In this document: positions 52,401 to 63,405 of the stretch, piece by piece
Position numbering within the stretch: position 1 is the first letter of the stretch
Layout: the number at the start of each line of letters is the position of its first letter
Assembly (NCBI GenBank): GCA_963772835.1
Contig: CAVYYZ010000012.1
Coordinates: 160,001-224,000, forward strand
Source: an uncultured delta proteobacterium
Lineage (GTDB): Bacteria > Desulfobacterota > Desulfuromonadia > Geobacterales > Pseudopelobacteraceae
Direction of reading: 5' to 3'
Length of the DNA stretch: 64,000 nt
The notes under the pieces: generated by a model
Told to the model about the DNA's origin: nothing
What the model saw: only the letters and a program-made list of their open reading frames with translations
The model's database searches: none
Program-made: the position numbers and the translations under genes

Positions 52401-55400
52401 GTTTGCACCGGTCCCGCTGCCGCCGGCACCACCGGTGCCACGGATGGTTACATCACCACCCCCGGACAGAGTTGACCAGCTGTTCGTTGAACCGAATGTG
52501 AAGCCCGTACCGCCCTGACCACCCGCTGCCGAACCGGCATAACCGGAATAGCCGGCGTAGCCGGCATAGCCATTTGAACCGTTCTGAACCGTTGTCGGGC
52601 CGATACCCCCACTGCCGCCCGTACCACCGGTCCCTCCCATGCCGCCGGTGCCGCCGAAACCACTCCCACCCGCACCACCGCTGCCGGTCAGGGTAATAGT
52701 TCCCAATGATGCGGAAGAAACCGGTGTACTGATCTCGAGCCCGGCTCCTGCCGCTCCACCCGCTGAACTGTTTCCGGAGCCCCCGAAACCGCCGCTGCCG
52801 CCCTGGCCGCCGCTGCCGCCGTAACCATAGGAGCTGTTCCAGCCGTTACCGCCTGCGCCACCCATGCCACCGCTGCCGCCATCACCGCCGAACGCATTCC
52901 CTCCGGCACCGCCGCTGCCGGTCATCGTAATGAGGCTGCGACGTATCCACTGAACCTTACTATAGTTGCCACGCGCCAGCAGGATGCCGGCACCGGCACT
53001 GCCGCCGCTGGCATATCCGCCGCCGCCGCCGCTGCCGCCACGACCGCCGCTGCCACCGTACCAACCGGTGTCACCCTGGCCGCCGGCACCACCAAACCCT
53101 CCACTACCGGTACCTCCGTCACCACCGGTACCGGACATATCGACGCCACCGTTACTGCTGATAATACGGCTGTCACTCGTGGATATGCCGGTGCCGCCGC
53201 TGCCGCCGTGTCCCTCGGCACCATCACCGCCGCTACCGCCGGAACCGGCGTAATCAGAAATATTCCCGCCGCTGCCGCCATCGCCGCCAAATCCGGCTCC
53301 GCCGTCGCCGCCACTGCCGTTCATGCTGATGCGGGCCGAAGTCGAATTCAACGAGCTGATATATTGCATCGAGATGCCGCCGCCGCCCGAACCTCCGTGT
53401 GCTCCGCCTCCCAGGCCGCCGTACCCGCCGATATAATCATAGCTGTATCCGCCAACACCGCCACGGCCGCCAATAGCTCCGCCTCCGCTGCCGCCGCTGC
53501 CGATCAGGGAAATGGCGCCACTGCCTGAATTAACAGCGCTGGAGTTCAGTTCAACACCACTCCCCCCCGAACCACCGTTTGCACTGCCGCCGTTGCCGCC
53601 TGGGTGCCCAAAGTAGGAACCATAGCCGACACCACCGCTTCCGCCGCTGCCAGCGCCGCCGCTGCCGCCGACACCGGTCAGGCTGATGTCACCGGAACTG
53701 CTCGAAACTGAAGCATAATTCAGACTGATTCCGTTTCCACCACTACCGCCATAGACCCAACCACCGCTTCCGCCGCTGTATCCCCCTTCGCCACCGGCAC
53801 CACCACTGCCGCTCCGGGCAAAAGCACCGCTGCCGCCGGTCCCTGTCAGAGTTATGACTCCCGAATCGGATGAGATCGGCCCTGACACAAGCAGGCCCGT
53901 TCCGCCGCTGCCGCCATAGGCATCACCGCCATTTCCACCGTAACCATTTTCGTAATTATTGCCGCCATTTCCGCCCAGGGCAGATCCACCGGCGCCACCT
54001 ATACCATTCAGGGTGATAAATCCTGAACCGCTGGTAATAGTGCCCGACAGGTTCAGCCCATCTCCGCCGGTACTACCATAGACATAGCCGCCGTTTCCGG
54101 CGTTAAGGCCCCAGTTGGAATTATCACCGCCGGAGCCGGCCGATGCAGCACCACCAAGTCCGCCGGTTCCTTTCAGGATTATAGCACCGGAACCGCTGGT
54201 GATAATACCTGACAGGTTCAAGCCGTTGCCGCCGGAACCGGCGTATGCAGAACCACCATTGCCGCCATTAGAATAGCTGCCGTAAGAATAATAGCTTCTT
54301 GAACTGGCGCCTCCTGAACCGCTTTTTGCAAAACCGCCATCACCGCCGCTGCCGGTCAAAGCAATTGCAGCTGACCCGACGGTAATAGTGCCGTCAATTT
54401 GAATGCCGACGCCGCCATGCCCGCCGTCCGCGCCTCCTGCTGAACCGGAATAACGAGAAACTGTCGTGGCAGATCCGCCATTGCCGCCGAAACCATCAAG
54501 TTGGATAAACGAAGCGGCGCCACCGCTTGTCGTGATGCTCCCCCCGTAAGCCAGCCTGATTCCGTCACCGCCGCTGCCGCCGAATGCACCCCTGTAATAG
54601 CTTGCACTCGCATCCGAAGCATCACCACCCCGGCCACCCTGTCCGAAGATCGTGACATTACCGCGTGAGTCAATAGAACTGTTGACAACCACTCCGCTGC
54701 CACCAGCATTGCCGATGCGCCCTTCTCCACCGGTGTAGCCATCACCGCCGGTACCGTGCAGCGTAATATTTGCGGCGGTCAGCGGGGCATCTACGACAAT
54801 GCCGTCCTGCCCTGCAGTGCCGGTAGCGGTCAGGTTGATGTCTCCGGTAGTTGTCAGTCCGATGGTGCCGCCAGTCGCAGCTGTAATGGAGCTAACTACA
54901 GTGCCAATGGTGAGAGTCTGATTATCGTGCAGGTTGACTGAACCGGTGTTGCCGGCCAGTGTGCCAACCAGGTTGTCAGGACTGGTCAGGTTGTATCTGC
55001 CGCCGACACCCAGCAGTTCCAGGCCGAAGGCCGAAAGCGGGGCGCTCTGGTTGACCGACCCCGTGGTTGAAAGAGTGATATTGCCAACGGCGGCCAGCCC
55101 GTAGGTATTTCCCACACCGCCGATGGTAAAGTCTCCGCTGTTGGTAAAGGAGAGCGTGTTAACATCGCCAGCCAAGGTTCCAACCTGATTGGCCTCATTG
55201 AGGGTGAACAAGCCGCCCAGCAGTTCCAGGCCGCCGGCAGTGATGGTGGCACCGGTGAATTGGGTCGTAGTCGAGTAGCCGTTATCAAGGCTCAGGTCAT
55301 GGCTGCCGGTAGAAATGGGTGTCAGTATGGATATTCCGTTACCGCTGATCAGCGACAGGTTGCTGTTCACGCTTGTAGTCACATTGCCGATGTCATTGAC

Positions 55401-58400
55401 GGAGATCGGGCCGGTTGTGTGGGAACCGAGAACAAGTGTTTGGGCACTTATGTTCCCCCATGAAACCGGGGTACCGCTGTTGCTGATATCGACGCCGGTG
55501 GAATCAAGAGTGATGCCGTATGAGGAGAACGGGCTGAGGGCTATCGTACCGTTCGTGTTGGAAACCGCACTGTTAAAGGTCATGAAATCGGCAATGAGGC
55601 TGAATACGGGGATACTTGTCGAAGAGATTGATATCGGTGCAGAAACCGTCAGCTGTCCGTCTGAGTTTGGATTCTGAATGACCAGTCCGTTGCTTGCCGA
55701 TACCGCATCCAGGTCGTTCTGGTCCAGTTCCAGCAGTCCGCCGCCCTTGGTACCGACTTCTACCAGATCGATATCAGTCCCTGTCGTGGCAGCAAGGGTC
55801 ACGGTGGAACCGCGCACAGTGCTGCCGGCAAGGGTCATCTCGTCGGCGGTCAGGGTCACGGTACCGTTGGTCTGGACTCCTGCAATTCCGTCAACAGTTG
55901 TTACTGTCAACGGTATACCGGCCGATGTGATGGCAATGTTTCCGAACGATGAACCCGCCGCCAGGTTGGTGATGGCATTATTGGTGTCATTCAGGGAGAT
56001 GTTGCCCCCGGCCGACAGCGCAAGATTGTCAACCTGCAGGTCGGTACCCGTGGTACCTTGCGCGATATCTCCACCGGAAATCAGATGCAGTGCCCCGGTA
56101 CCGGTCCGCTGAATCTGATTGCTGATGTCTATGCGATTGGTGTTGTAAGCATCTCCGATACGCAGGGTGTTGGTTGTGGTGATTGTGTCAAGTTCTGTCT
56201 GGTTCAGCCCGAGGGCTCCGCCGACCGGCTTGCTCCCGAGGTCGATATCTCCCCACCAGTAACGGGTCAGGTTGACATCAGGGGCGGTGATGCCTCCCGA
56301 TAGAGTCATGGAATTGGCAGCGATGGATATCGAACCGGCTGCATTGACCGCTGCAGTCTGACTGAATGTCTGGGTGGCAAGCGTGACATTCGGAGCGGTA
56401 ATATCCGCATTCTGATTGATACTGTTGTATGAAGCCAGGCTCAGGTTGTTCGCAGACGTGAGAGTAATCGGGGCGCTTATGGTGATGACATTGGCGGTAT
56501 CCCCGTAGTCACCGACCGTGAGGCTGCTGCCGGCGGTGATACCGGCCAGCTCACTCTGAGTCAATCCAAGAGTACCGGCTGTCTTCGTCCCCAGATCGAT
56601 GTCACCCCACGTTGTTCTTGAAAGTGTGACATTTGCTGCGCTTATGTTCGAAAGGTTCATGCTGTCGGCGTGAATGTGTATGTCGCCGGGAGCGGACAGT
56701 GCCGCATTCTGCAGGAAGGCGGCGCCGGTAACGGGGTTACCGGTGGTAAGGCTCAGGTTTTCTACACCGGTGAGCGAAATTGCATTGCTGACCGTCATGC
56801 CGGTGACATTCCAGGAATCACCGATATTCAGGCTGGCGGCCGAGACTGTTCCCAATTCTGCGGTGGACAGGCCGAGCGTACCACCGACACCGGAAATATC
56901 GCTGCCGCCCAGATCTATGGTTCCCTGCGTAGCGCGGGTCAGATTAACGGTCTGGGCGGTAAGTGCTCCGGTCTGGCTCATGGTGTCGGCCGCGACCGAT
57001 ATGCTGCCGGTCGGCAGTTCAAGCGAAGCCGCCCTGTTGAAGTCGCCACCGGTGCTGAGGTATACATTGTCAATACTGTTGATGGTGACGGGATTGCTCA
57101 CCGTAATAGTGCCCGACCCGGAACTGAGGTACAAATCAGGGGAGGATATCAGGCTCAGCTCGGCATTTGACAATCCCAGTTTGCTGCTGTCGTCAGTGGC
57201 ACCCAGGTCAATCGGCGTTGTCCCTGTCAGCGTTGACAGGTTGACGATCGGGGCTGTGACCGTCTGGAGGATGTTCAACCCGTCCGTTACCAGAGAGACC
57301 GAGCCGGTCGTCTGAACACCGTTCAGGCCGTCTACGCTGCCTATAGTCATCAATGGCGAGGCAGATGTAACCGATACGCTGCCGCCATAGCTTCGGCTGA
57401 AGTTGCTGATATTGCCGCTACCGGTGCCGGCAGTGACGGCAAGGGTGCCTATACTGTTAGTCGGATCGGTGAGAGAGATGTTGCCTCCGGCCTCCAGCGC
57501 CAGATTAGCCACCGTCAGGGGAGCCTGGTTAGCCGTTGAAGACTGGTCTATGTCACCGCCTGAGAGCAGATGCAGGGTGTCATTTCCCGGGTTATTTCGT
57601 AGGATAGGTGCGCTGACGGTAATGCCGGCAGCGGTGGACAGGTCTCCGATGCGCAGGGCGGTTGATGCGGTGATCGTGTCAAGATCGGATTGGGTCAAGC
57701 CGAGAGTGGAGCCGCCTGACAAGGTGCCAAGATCAATATACCCCCAGCTGTTTCGGGTCAGGGTGACTATCGGTGCGGTGGTCGTCCCCCCAAGAATCAT
57801 GTAATCAGCCGCTATCGTGACATTGTCTACAGCGCTGAGCGGAACATCTGCTGCCTGATTGAAGCTTTGGGTTGAGAGAGACACAGAACCTGTTGATGAA
57901 AGCGAGCCATTCTGATTTATGCTGGAGTTGGCAACGAGGTTCAGATGAGCTGCTCCCGCAATGTCCACGGGAGCACTGATTGACAAATCGCGCGTAATAC
58001 AGTTCTTGCCGCCGATGCCACAGTTCTTGTCGAGGTTGCCGATGGTGAGATCGGTGGCGGTGATACTGTCCAGATCCTGCTGAGTCAGGCCGAGGACTCC
58101 GGGCGTCTTGCTGCCGGTTGCACCCACCAGGTCAATATCCCCCAGGGTGCTGCGGCTAAGGTTGACTGTCGGCGCGGTGATCGACCCGCCAAGGGTCATG
58201 TCATTGGCGGTAATTGTAATGTCACCGGAAGCGGAAACGGTTCCGCCCTGAATTATGGGTCCTTCTGAAGAGTTTATAAGGATGCCGCCACCGTAACCGG
58301 AATTGGCACGTGTGACACTATCCACTCCCAGAGTCGTGCCGCTGGTCGATTTGAGAAAAATCCGGCCGTCCTGTCCCGCGACGGCGCTATCGGCGCTAAT

Positions 58401-59225
58401 GGTACCCTGCTGGCTGACCAGTCCGCCGAAGATGCCGACTCTACCGGCGTCCGCGGTGATCGTGCCGATATTAAGCGCTTTGTCGGTCGGGGCGCTGATC
58501 ACTACGGCAATTTCGGGGTTGTCCGGGTCTATCAGGTGCACGCTCTGCCCGGCAGCCAACACAACATCACCGTTAGGCGCCGTTATTATGCCGCGGTTTT
58601 CAACCTGCGGCGCGATCAGCCAGACCTTGCCTCCCGCAACTGTGGTGATTGCCCCTTCGTTAATCACCGAACCTGATTGGGCCCCGCCGGTAAAGCGATA
58701 ATTCCCGTCGAGAAAATCATTGTTGGTCATGCCGAGCGATGATGCCACCAGTCCGGCCACATCAATTTTTGACCCGTTTCCAAAGAGGATTCCGTTAGGA
58801 TTGAGGAGGAAGACCCTGCCGTTGGAGTCGAGAAGTCCAAAAATGTCCGACTTGTAGGAGCCGGTAACCCGGTTGAGTACGGAGCTTGTCGGACTCTGCT
58901 GGATGAAGGTGGTCCGCTCGCCGGACGCGATAGAAAAACCCTGCCAGTTGATGATGGTATTGGGAGAGTTCGTGATGGTCAGAGTCTTGTCGTACGTGGT
59001 GCCGCCAACGGTGGTTGACCCGGTGTTGAACGTAGCGGTTCCGCTTACTACCTGCTGTCCGGTGGGTAAGGCCTCTGCCCTTGCAGCCAGCAGCGTTATG
59101 GCAGCGGCCGCTATGACAGCTTTCACCGTGATGGGCGGTGGACCGCCGTTTCCTTTGACTATTTCGGCGACGATAACCCAGGCGTTCTTGACTTGGCTCC
59201 AGATCAGACGATACGCTTTATTCAT
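49454..59225 (-). CDS. Giant two-partner-secretion (TpsA, filamentous haemagglutinin-like) adhesin, about 3,250 aa, split by one frameshift near 51860
   Basis: Extended signal peptide MNKAYRLIWS..WVIVAE, TPS domain with LNPNGILFG, beta-helix repeats; the Gly-rich repeat pattern continues from ORF 51681-59225 into ORF 49454-52087. Confidence 0.9.
50490..54760 (-). repeat. About 25 degenerate Gly-rich protein repeats in TpsA
   Basis: Recurring unit G(I/L/V)xL...I.S.SG.I.LTG.GG.GG followed by a long Gly-rich loop; counted by eye from the translations. Confidence 0.85.
55680..58160 (-). repeat. Seven copies of an IDLG...LGL(T/S)Q.(D/E)L..I.A..L.IGD repeat in TpsA
   Basis: e.g. WGYIDLG..TLGLTQSDLDTITA, WGDIDLG..TLGLTQSELAGITA, WGDIDLG..ALGLNQTELDTIT. 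Confidence 0.8.
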
Positions 59226-59251
59226 GGCGGTACTCCTTCTGCTTCAGCAGA

Positions 59252-60826
59252 TTAGAAGGTTAACTGAACTTTGAAATGCCATCGACCGTCCCCGACTTTA
59301 CGGTTTTCGGATGCGTTGATGACACGGCCATAGTCTGTGCTGGCGACAAGATTACTGGCGACAGAGAGACGCAGACCGAAACCGGCGCTGGCGGCACCAT
59401 TTACTGAGGCTTCACCCGGCAGGGGTTTGTTGCGCTGCAGATAGGCGGCATCAACGAACCCCAGTACCCGCAGCTGCGAGGCATGGACGCTCCCTATCAT
59501 ATTCGGGGAGTATAACTCCGCGGTGCCGGCAAGACCGATATCGTTGGTCAATTCACGTTCGTTGAATCCGCGCATCGAATTCTGTCCTCCGGCACCAAAC
59601 TGCTCTCCGGGAATGAGCGGAACGGTTGCGTACTGCCCGTTGAAGCTGATTCTGGACAGAACATCCCCTCCGAGGGAGGCACGCAGGGAGCCGCCGCCCC
59701 TCAGTATGGTGAAATTAGCCGGGGCATCAAGGCGCAGTTTTGCATAATCAGAAGTATCCCCCTTTTCACCGCCGGGGATGTTCTTGGAAAGTGAAACCCA
59801 GAGACCAACCTCATTGCCGGTACCGCTGGCATACGTTCCGGAATAGCCGATGCTGACCGGAATCGATTCTGTTGTGGTGCCGAGAGGCGTGCCGGCGTAA
59901 TCAACTTTGTTATCGAAACGGCGGTAATCGAACCCGTACAGCAGACGATGTTCGTAGGAGCCGATACGAACGAGGTTCTGGTTGTAGCGGAGGCCGGCAA
60001 AAGTGCCCTTACCGCTGACGTTGAGACTGAGTACTCCGGACTGAACCGTGCCCGAGTCTACATCTGAATAGCCGCCGTATATGTCGAGGGAATCACCCAG
60101 AGAGTAGAGTGGAACCCGGTAACCGAAGTTGTAGATGCTGACTTTGTCAAGATGGTCAGGTGAGGTGGTGTACTGCAATGTCAGCAGATGATCCAGGTTG
60201 AATAGGTTGGCATGCTGGGCAAGAATGCCGAGCCGGAGATACCCGGTCTCGGTGTTGCCGGTGTCATCGAGGGAGAGACCCACTTTCCAGGGTTTCTCAT
60301 CGACTACTTTCAGCTGGGCGTTGGTGGTGTCAGTGTTGTCACCCCCCTGAAGCAGCATCTGAGTCTTCCGGGCGGGATTTTCGTTGGCGACTCTGATGTT
60401 CATGGATATTCTGTCCAGATCAGGGACGGTACCCTCCTTCAACTGTGGAATGCTCGCACGGATGTTGGCATTGTCAAAGTATTTGTTCCCTTCGACGGTG
60501 ACGGTACCAATGCGCACTTCGAGGACCTTGAGCTTGACCACGCCTCCCTGCAGCTCCTGTTCTGGAAGCAGCACCTTCACTGCATGGTAGCCCCGGATGC
60601 GGTACGCCTGCTCGAGCGCCTCCACCGCCTGCTGCAGTGTCCCGAAATCGCTCCCCCTACCGGTGTATGGGGCAAGAACCCGATCAACCTCAACTTCGGG
60701 AAGAATGCTGTTTCCCTCAACCTGGTAGCGGGTCACATCGAAGCGGGGCACATCTGCAGCCCGGACGGGACCGGAAAGAGAGAGAGCCAGAAAAACGAGA
60801 AGGGATGTTCTACAAAAGAGGTTCAT
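59252..60826 (-). CDS. TpsB (ShlB/FhaC/HecB family) outer-membrane transporter
   Basis: Signal peptide, POTRA region (FDVTRYQVEGNSIL, LPEQEL..GVVKL), MRGF loop-6 motif, C-terminal Phe. Confidence 0.93.
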   Translation of the reverse strand: MNLFCRTSLLVFLALSLSGPVRAADVPRFDVTRYQVEGNSILPEVEVDRVLAPYTGRGSDFGTLQQAVEALEQAYRIRGYHAVKVLLPEQELQGGVVKLKVLEVRIGTVTVEGNKYFDNANIRASIPQLKEGTVPDLDRISMNIRVANENPARKTQMLLQGGDNTDTTNAQLKVVDEKPWKVGLSLDDTGNTETGYLRLGILAQHANLFNLDHLLTLQYTTSPDHLDKVSIYNFGYRVPLYSLGDSLDIYGGYSDVDSGTVQSGVLSLNVSGKGTFAGLRYNQNLVRIGSYEHRLLYGFDYRRFDNKVDYAGTPLGTTTESIPVSIGYSGTYASGTGNEVGLWVSLSKNIPGGEKGDTSDYAKLRLDAPANFTILRGGGSLRASLGGDVLSRISFNGQYATVPLIPGEQFGAGGQNSMRGFNERELTNDIGLAGTAELYSPNMIGSVHASQLRVLGFVDAAYLQRNKPLPGEASVNGAASAGFGLRLSVASNLVASTDYGRVINASENRKVGDGRWHFKVQLTF

Positions 60827-61161
60827 GGTTCCTCCCGGGGACGATTCATCACATATTCAAAGCGGCAGATTTGTGCAGTAGTTGCCATGAAATCAAATTA
60901 GACGATTCACAGCGGATGGCACTATAAAACAATGTTGCATACATTAGCAACAAGAAATAAAGAGTCACATTACGGTTTCTCTACATATTATTACGGGCGG
61001 AAATTATATCTCACGAAATAGGGGGGCGGGTCGGTATATTTTTACCCGATTATTAACGTTTTTTTGTTGTAGCTGTTACCACATGAAGCCCGGGGGCTTG
61101 TATCCATCCATCTGACATTGTGGGACGTTTTGCTTTTCCGTAGAGGAAGTAACACTCCCTG

Positions 61162-63402
61162 TCACCCTTTTGTTTTGTGGGTGAACACACCGTCCCAATC
61201 GGGAGGGGGCGGCTCCTTCAGATAATGTTCAATCCGTTCCACATAGAGCCGGAAGAGCGTCGATTCGGGATTCAGCTGCAGCAGCTCGTGCAGATGTCCA
61301 AGTGAGTCATCCCACTCCCGGGCGTGATAGTGTTTGAACATATGGGTGAACTGTTTCTGCTCCTCGATGGCGGCCTGGTCGAGTTCATCCTCAAGTCCCA
61401 GCGGTTCATATATGGTAACAGGTTCGCTGCGACCTTTGACGCGGACCCTGTCCAGCTCCCTGAACACAATGCCGGTGAGACGGCTGCGGGTATCCTCCCC
61501 CACAATAATGCCGACACCGTACTGCCTCGAAAGCCCCTCGAGGCGTGCGCCCAGATTGACCGCATCCCCCATGACGGTATAGGCCATGCGGAATCGGGAC
61601 CCCATGTTTCCCACACTCATGATTCCTGTGTTGATTCCTATTCCAAGGTGGAGCGGCGGCCAGCCTCGCTTAACAAAGGACTCCCGCAGACGGATGGCCG
61701 CCGCCTGCATCTCCAGGGCGGCCAGCACCGAGTGCAGTACATGGTCGGGGTCGTCAAGCGGAGCGCCCCAGAATGCCATAATGGCATCGCCGATATACTT
61801 GTCGATTGTACCGCGGTGCTTTTGTATGACCTCCGTCATTGCAGAGAGGTACTCATTCATAAGGGCCGAGAGATCGGCAGCCGGGAGCTGCTCAGAAATG
61901 GCGGTAAATCCACATACGTCGGAAAAAAGAACCGTCATATCAAGGCTTCTGCTCTGCATGGTGAAGCGATCCGGTTCCAGACTCATCTCGTTGACAAGTT
62001 CCGGGTGGACATACTGCCCGAACAACCCGGTTATCTGGCGTTTTGAACGAGCCTCCAACAGAAAGCCGTAGGACATGTTGAGCACGAACAGCCCTGTTAC
62101 CAATATCAACGATGACGCCAATGGTAAAACCATGTTTTGATGCCAACCGGCAGCATTCAACAGACAGATACCGGTCATCAGCGCCAGAGAAAGCACCATT
62201 GACCTGATCGGCGACAGAACCGGCAGAAGCAGGGAAAGCAGCAGTCCGCTAAACAGCAGAATAATGATCTCGGCCCCGACGACATAGGCAGGCTGCTGCT
62301 TGATGTTCTGATCCAGTATCCCGGCGATCATATTGGCATGGACCTCGACCCCGGGGTATACGGCACTGACCGGAGTTGAACGCATATCCATAAGACCCGG
62401 TGCCGTTGTTCCCACCAGCACAATAGCCCCTTCGAGAACATCCTTCCCAACCCGGCCGTTGATAACATCTGTCGCCGAAACATATCGGAAGATCCCCTGA
62501 CGACCGCGATAGGGGACCAGGGCCGTCACCCGGTCGTCCACCGGTATCTTCAGGTCGCTGATGCCGAGCCACTCGATTTTGCGGTAGTCCCCATCATCCT
62601 TCCCTTCCGGGAACGCAACCGTCAGGGGCGGAAAACCGAGGAGCGTCCTCACGACCGCTATGGAGAGAGTCTCGTAATAATTGCCCTTGTATTCTATAAT
62701 GGCAGGAACACGGCGACAGACGCCATCCGGGTCTATGAACGGGTTGAAGTGGCCCGCCACCGGTGTCATCTGCTGAAGTTCATGCAGGTTGGCACCGAAG
62801 CCGGTCATTTTCACAACAGATGCTCCGGAGCCTGCCATGTCTGCTGCGGTAAAGACCGGAAGTGGCAGAGTGCCGCTGGTGCGGATCATCTCCCCCTCGA
62901 AATCAGTGAAGTAGTAACCGAGAACCACGTGTCGCCCCTTGATGCTCCGGGCGAAGATAGCGTCGTAATCGAGTTTTTCGCGGATTTTACCCAGTGAGTT
63001 GATAAACCGCGTGTCACCTTTCAGGGCTTCCTTACCAAGTTGTTCAAGCACCCCAAGACCGGAACTCTCATCCCTTTCGGCAAAAATGACGTCATACCCG
63101 ACGACAGCAACTCCGTACTCGTCAAAGAGCCGGTCCATGAGGAGGGCAAGACGGTTTCTGCTCCAGGGCCAACGCCCTTCGGCGGCCAGGCTCTTTTCGT
63201 CGATATCAACGATGACGATTCTGCTGTCGATCTCCTGACTCATGGTGAGCTTAAGTCGCAGGTCATAACTGAGTGCCTCAAGTTGATCGGTAAACTTGAG
63301 ATCAATCAGACCTGCGGCATTAAATACGAACAGGAACGTGAGAAAAAGCCCGAAAAGAATCCGCAGCAGATGCTGACGTATTAGAGATTTAAACTTTTTT
63401 AT
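61162..63402 (-). CDS. CHASE2-domain membrane class III adenylate cyclase
   Basis: CHASE2 (VDIDEKSL..GRWPWSR, PGVEVHAN), three TM helices, FSDVCGFT, DKYIGD (Lys) and YTVMGDAVNLGARLE (Thr) ATP-type specificity; frame stays open upstream of ATG 63243 to an ATA at 63402. Confidence 0.9.
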   Translation of the reverse strand: MKKFKSLIRQHLLRILFGLFLTFLFVFNAAGLIDLKFTDQLEALSYDLRLKLTMSQEIDSRIVIVDIDEKSLAAEGRWPWSRNRLALLMDRLFDEYGVAVVGYDVIFAERDESSGLGVLEQLGKEALKGDTRFINSLGKIREKLDYDAIFARSIKGRHVVLGYYFTDFEGEMIRTSGTLPLPVFTAADMAGSGASVVKMTGFGANLHELQQMTPVAGHFNPFIDPDGVCRRVPAIIEYKGNYYETLSIAVVRTLLGFPPLTVAFPEGKDDGDYRKIEWLGISDLKIPVDDRVTALVPYRGRQGIFRYVSATDVINGRVGKDVLEGAIVLVGTTAPGLMDMRSTPVSAVYPGVEVHANMIAGILDQNIKQQPAYVVGAEIIILLFSGLLLSLLLPVLSPIRSMVLSLALMTGICLLNAAGWHQNMVLPLASSLILVTGLFVLNMSYGFLLEARSKRQITGLFGQYVHPELVNEMSLEPDRFTMQSRSLDMTVLFSDVCGFTAISEQLPAADLSALMNEYLSAMTEVIQKHRGTIDKYIGDAIMAFWGAPLDDPDHVLHSVLAALEMQAAAIRLRESFVKRGWPPLHLGIGINTGIMSVGNMGSRFRMAYTVMGDAVNLGARLEGLSRQYGVGIIVGEDTRSRLTGIVFRELDRVRVKGRSEPVTIYEPLGLEDELDQAAIEEQKQFTHMFKHYHAREWDDSLGHLHELLQLNPESTLFRLYVERIEHYLKEPPPPDWDGVFTHKTKG

Positions 63403-63405
63403 CTC

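Noticed and set aside
51756..53528. Pro-rich plus-strand ORFs and Ala-rich alternate-frame ORFs
   Set aside because: Shadows of the GGC/GGT glycine codons of tpsA
50490..54760. RTX, ice-nucleation or true PE-PGRS protein
   Set aside because: No regular GGxGxDxL nonamers, no AGYGSTxT octamers and no PE domain; export signals are TPS-type
60827..61161. c-di-GMP (GEMM) riboswitch or canonical CRP site upstream of tpsB
   Set aside because: GEMM core motifs not found; the best CRP-like match (TGTAG-N6-CCACA at 61068-61083) is weak
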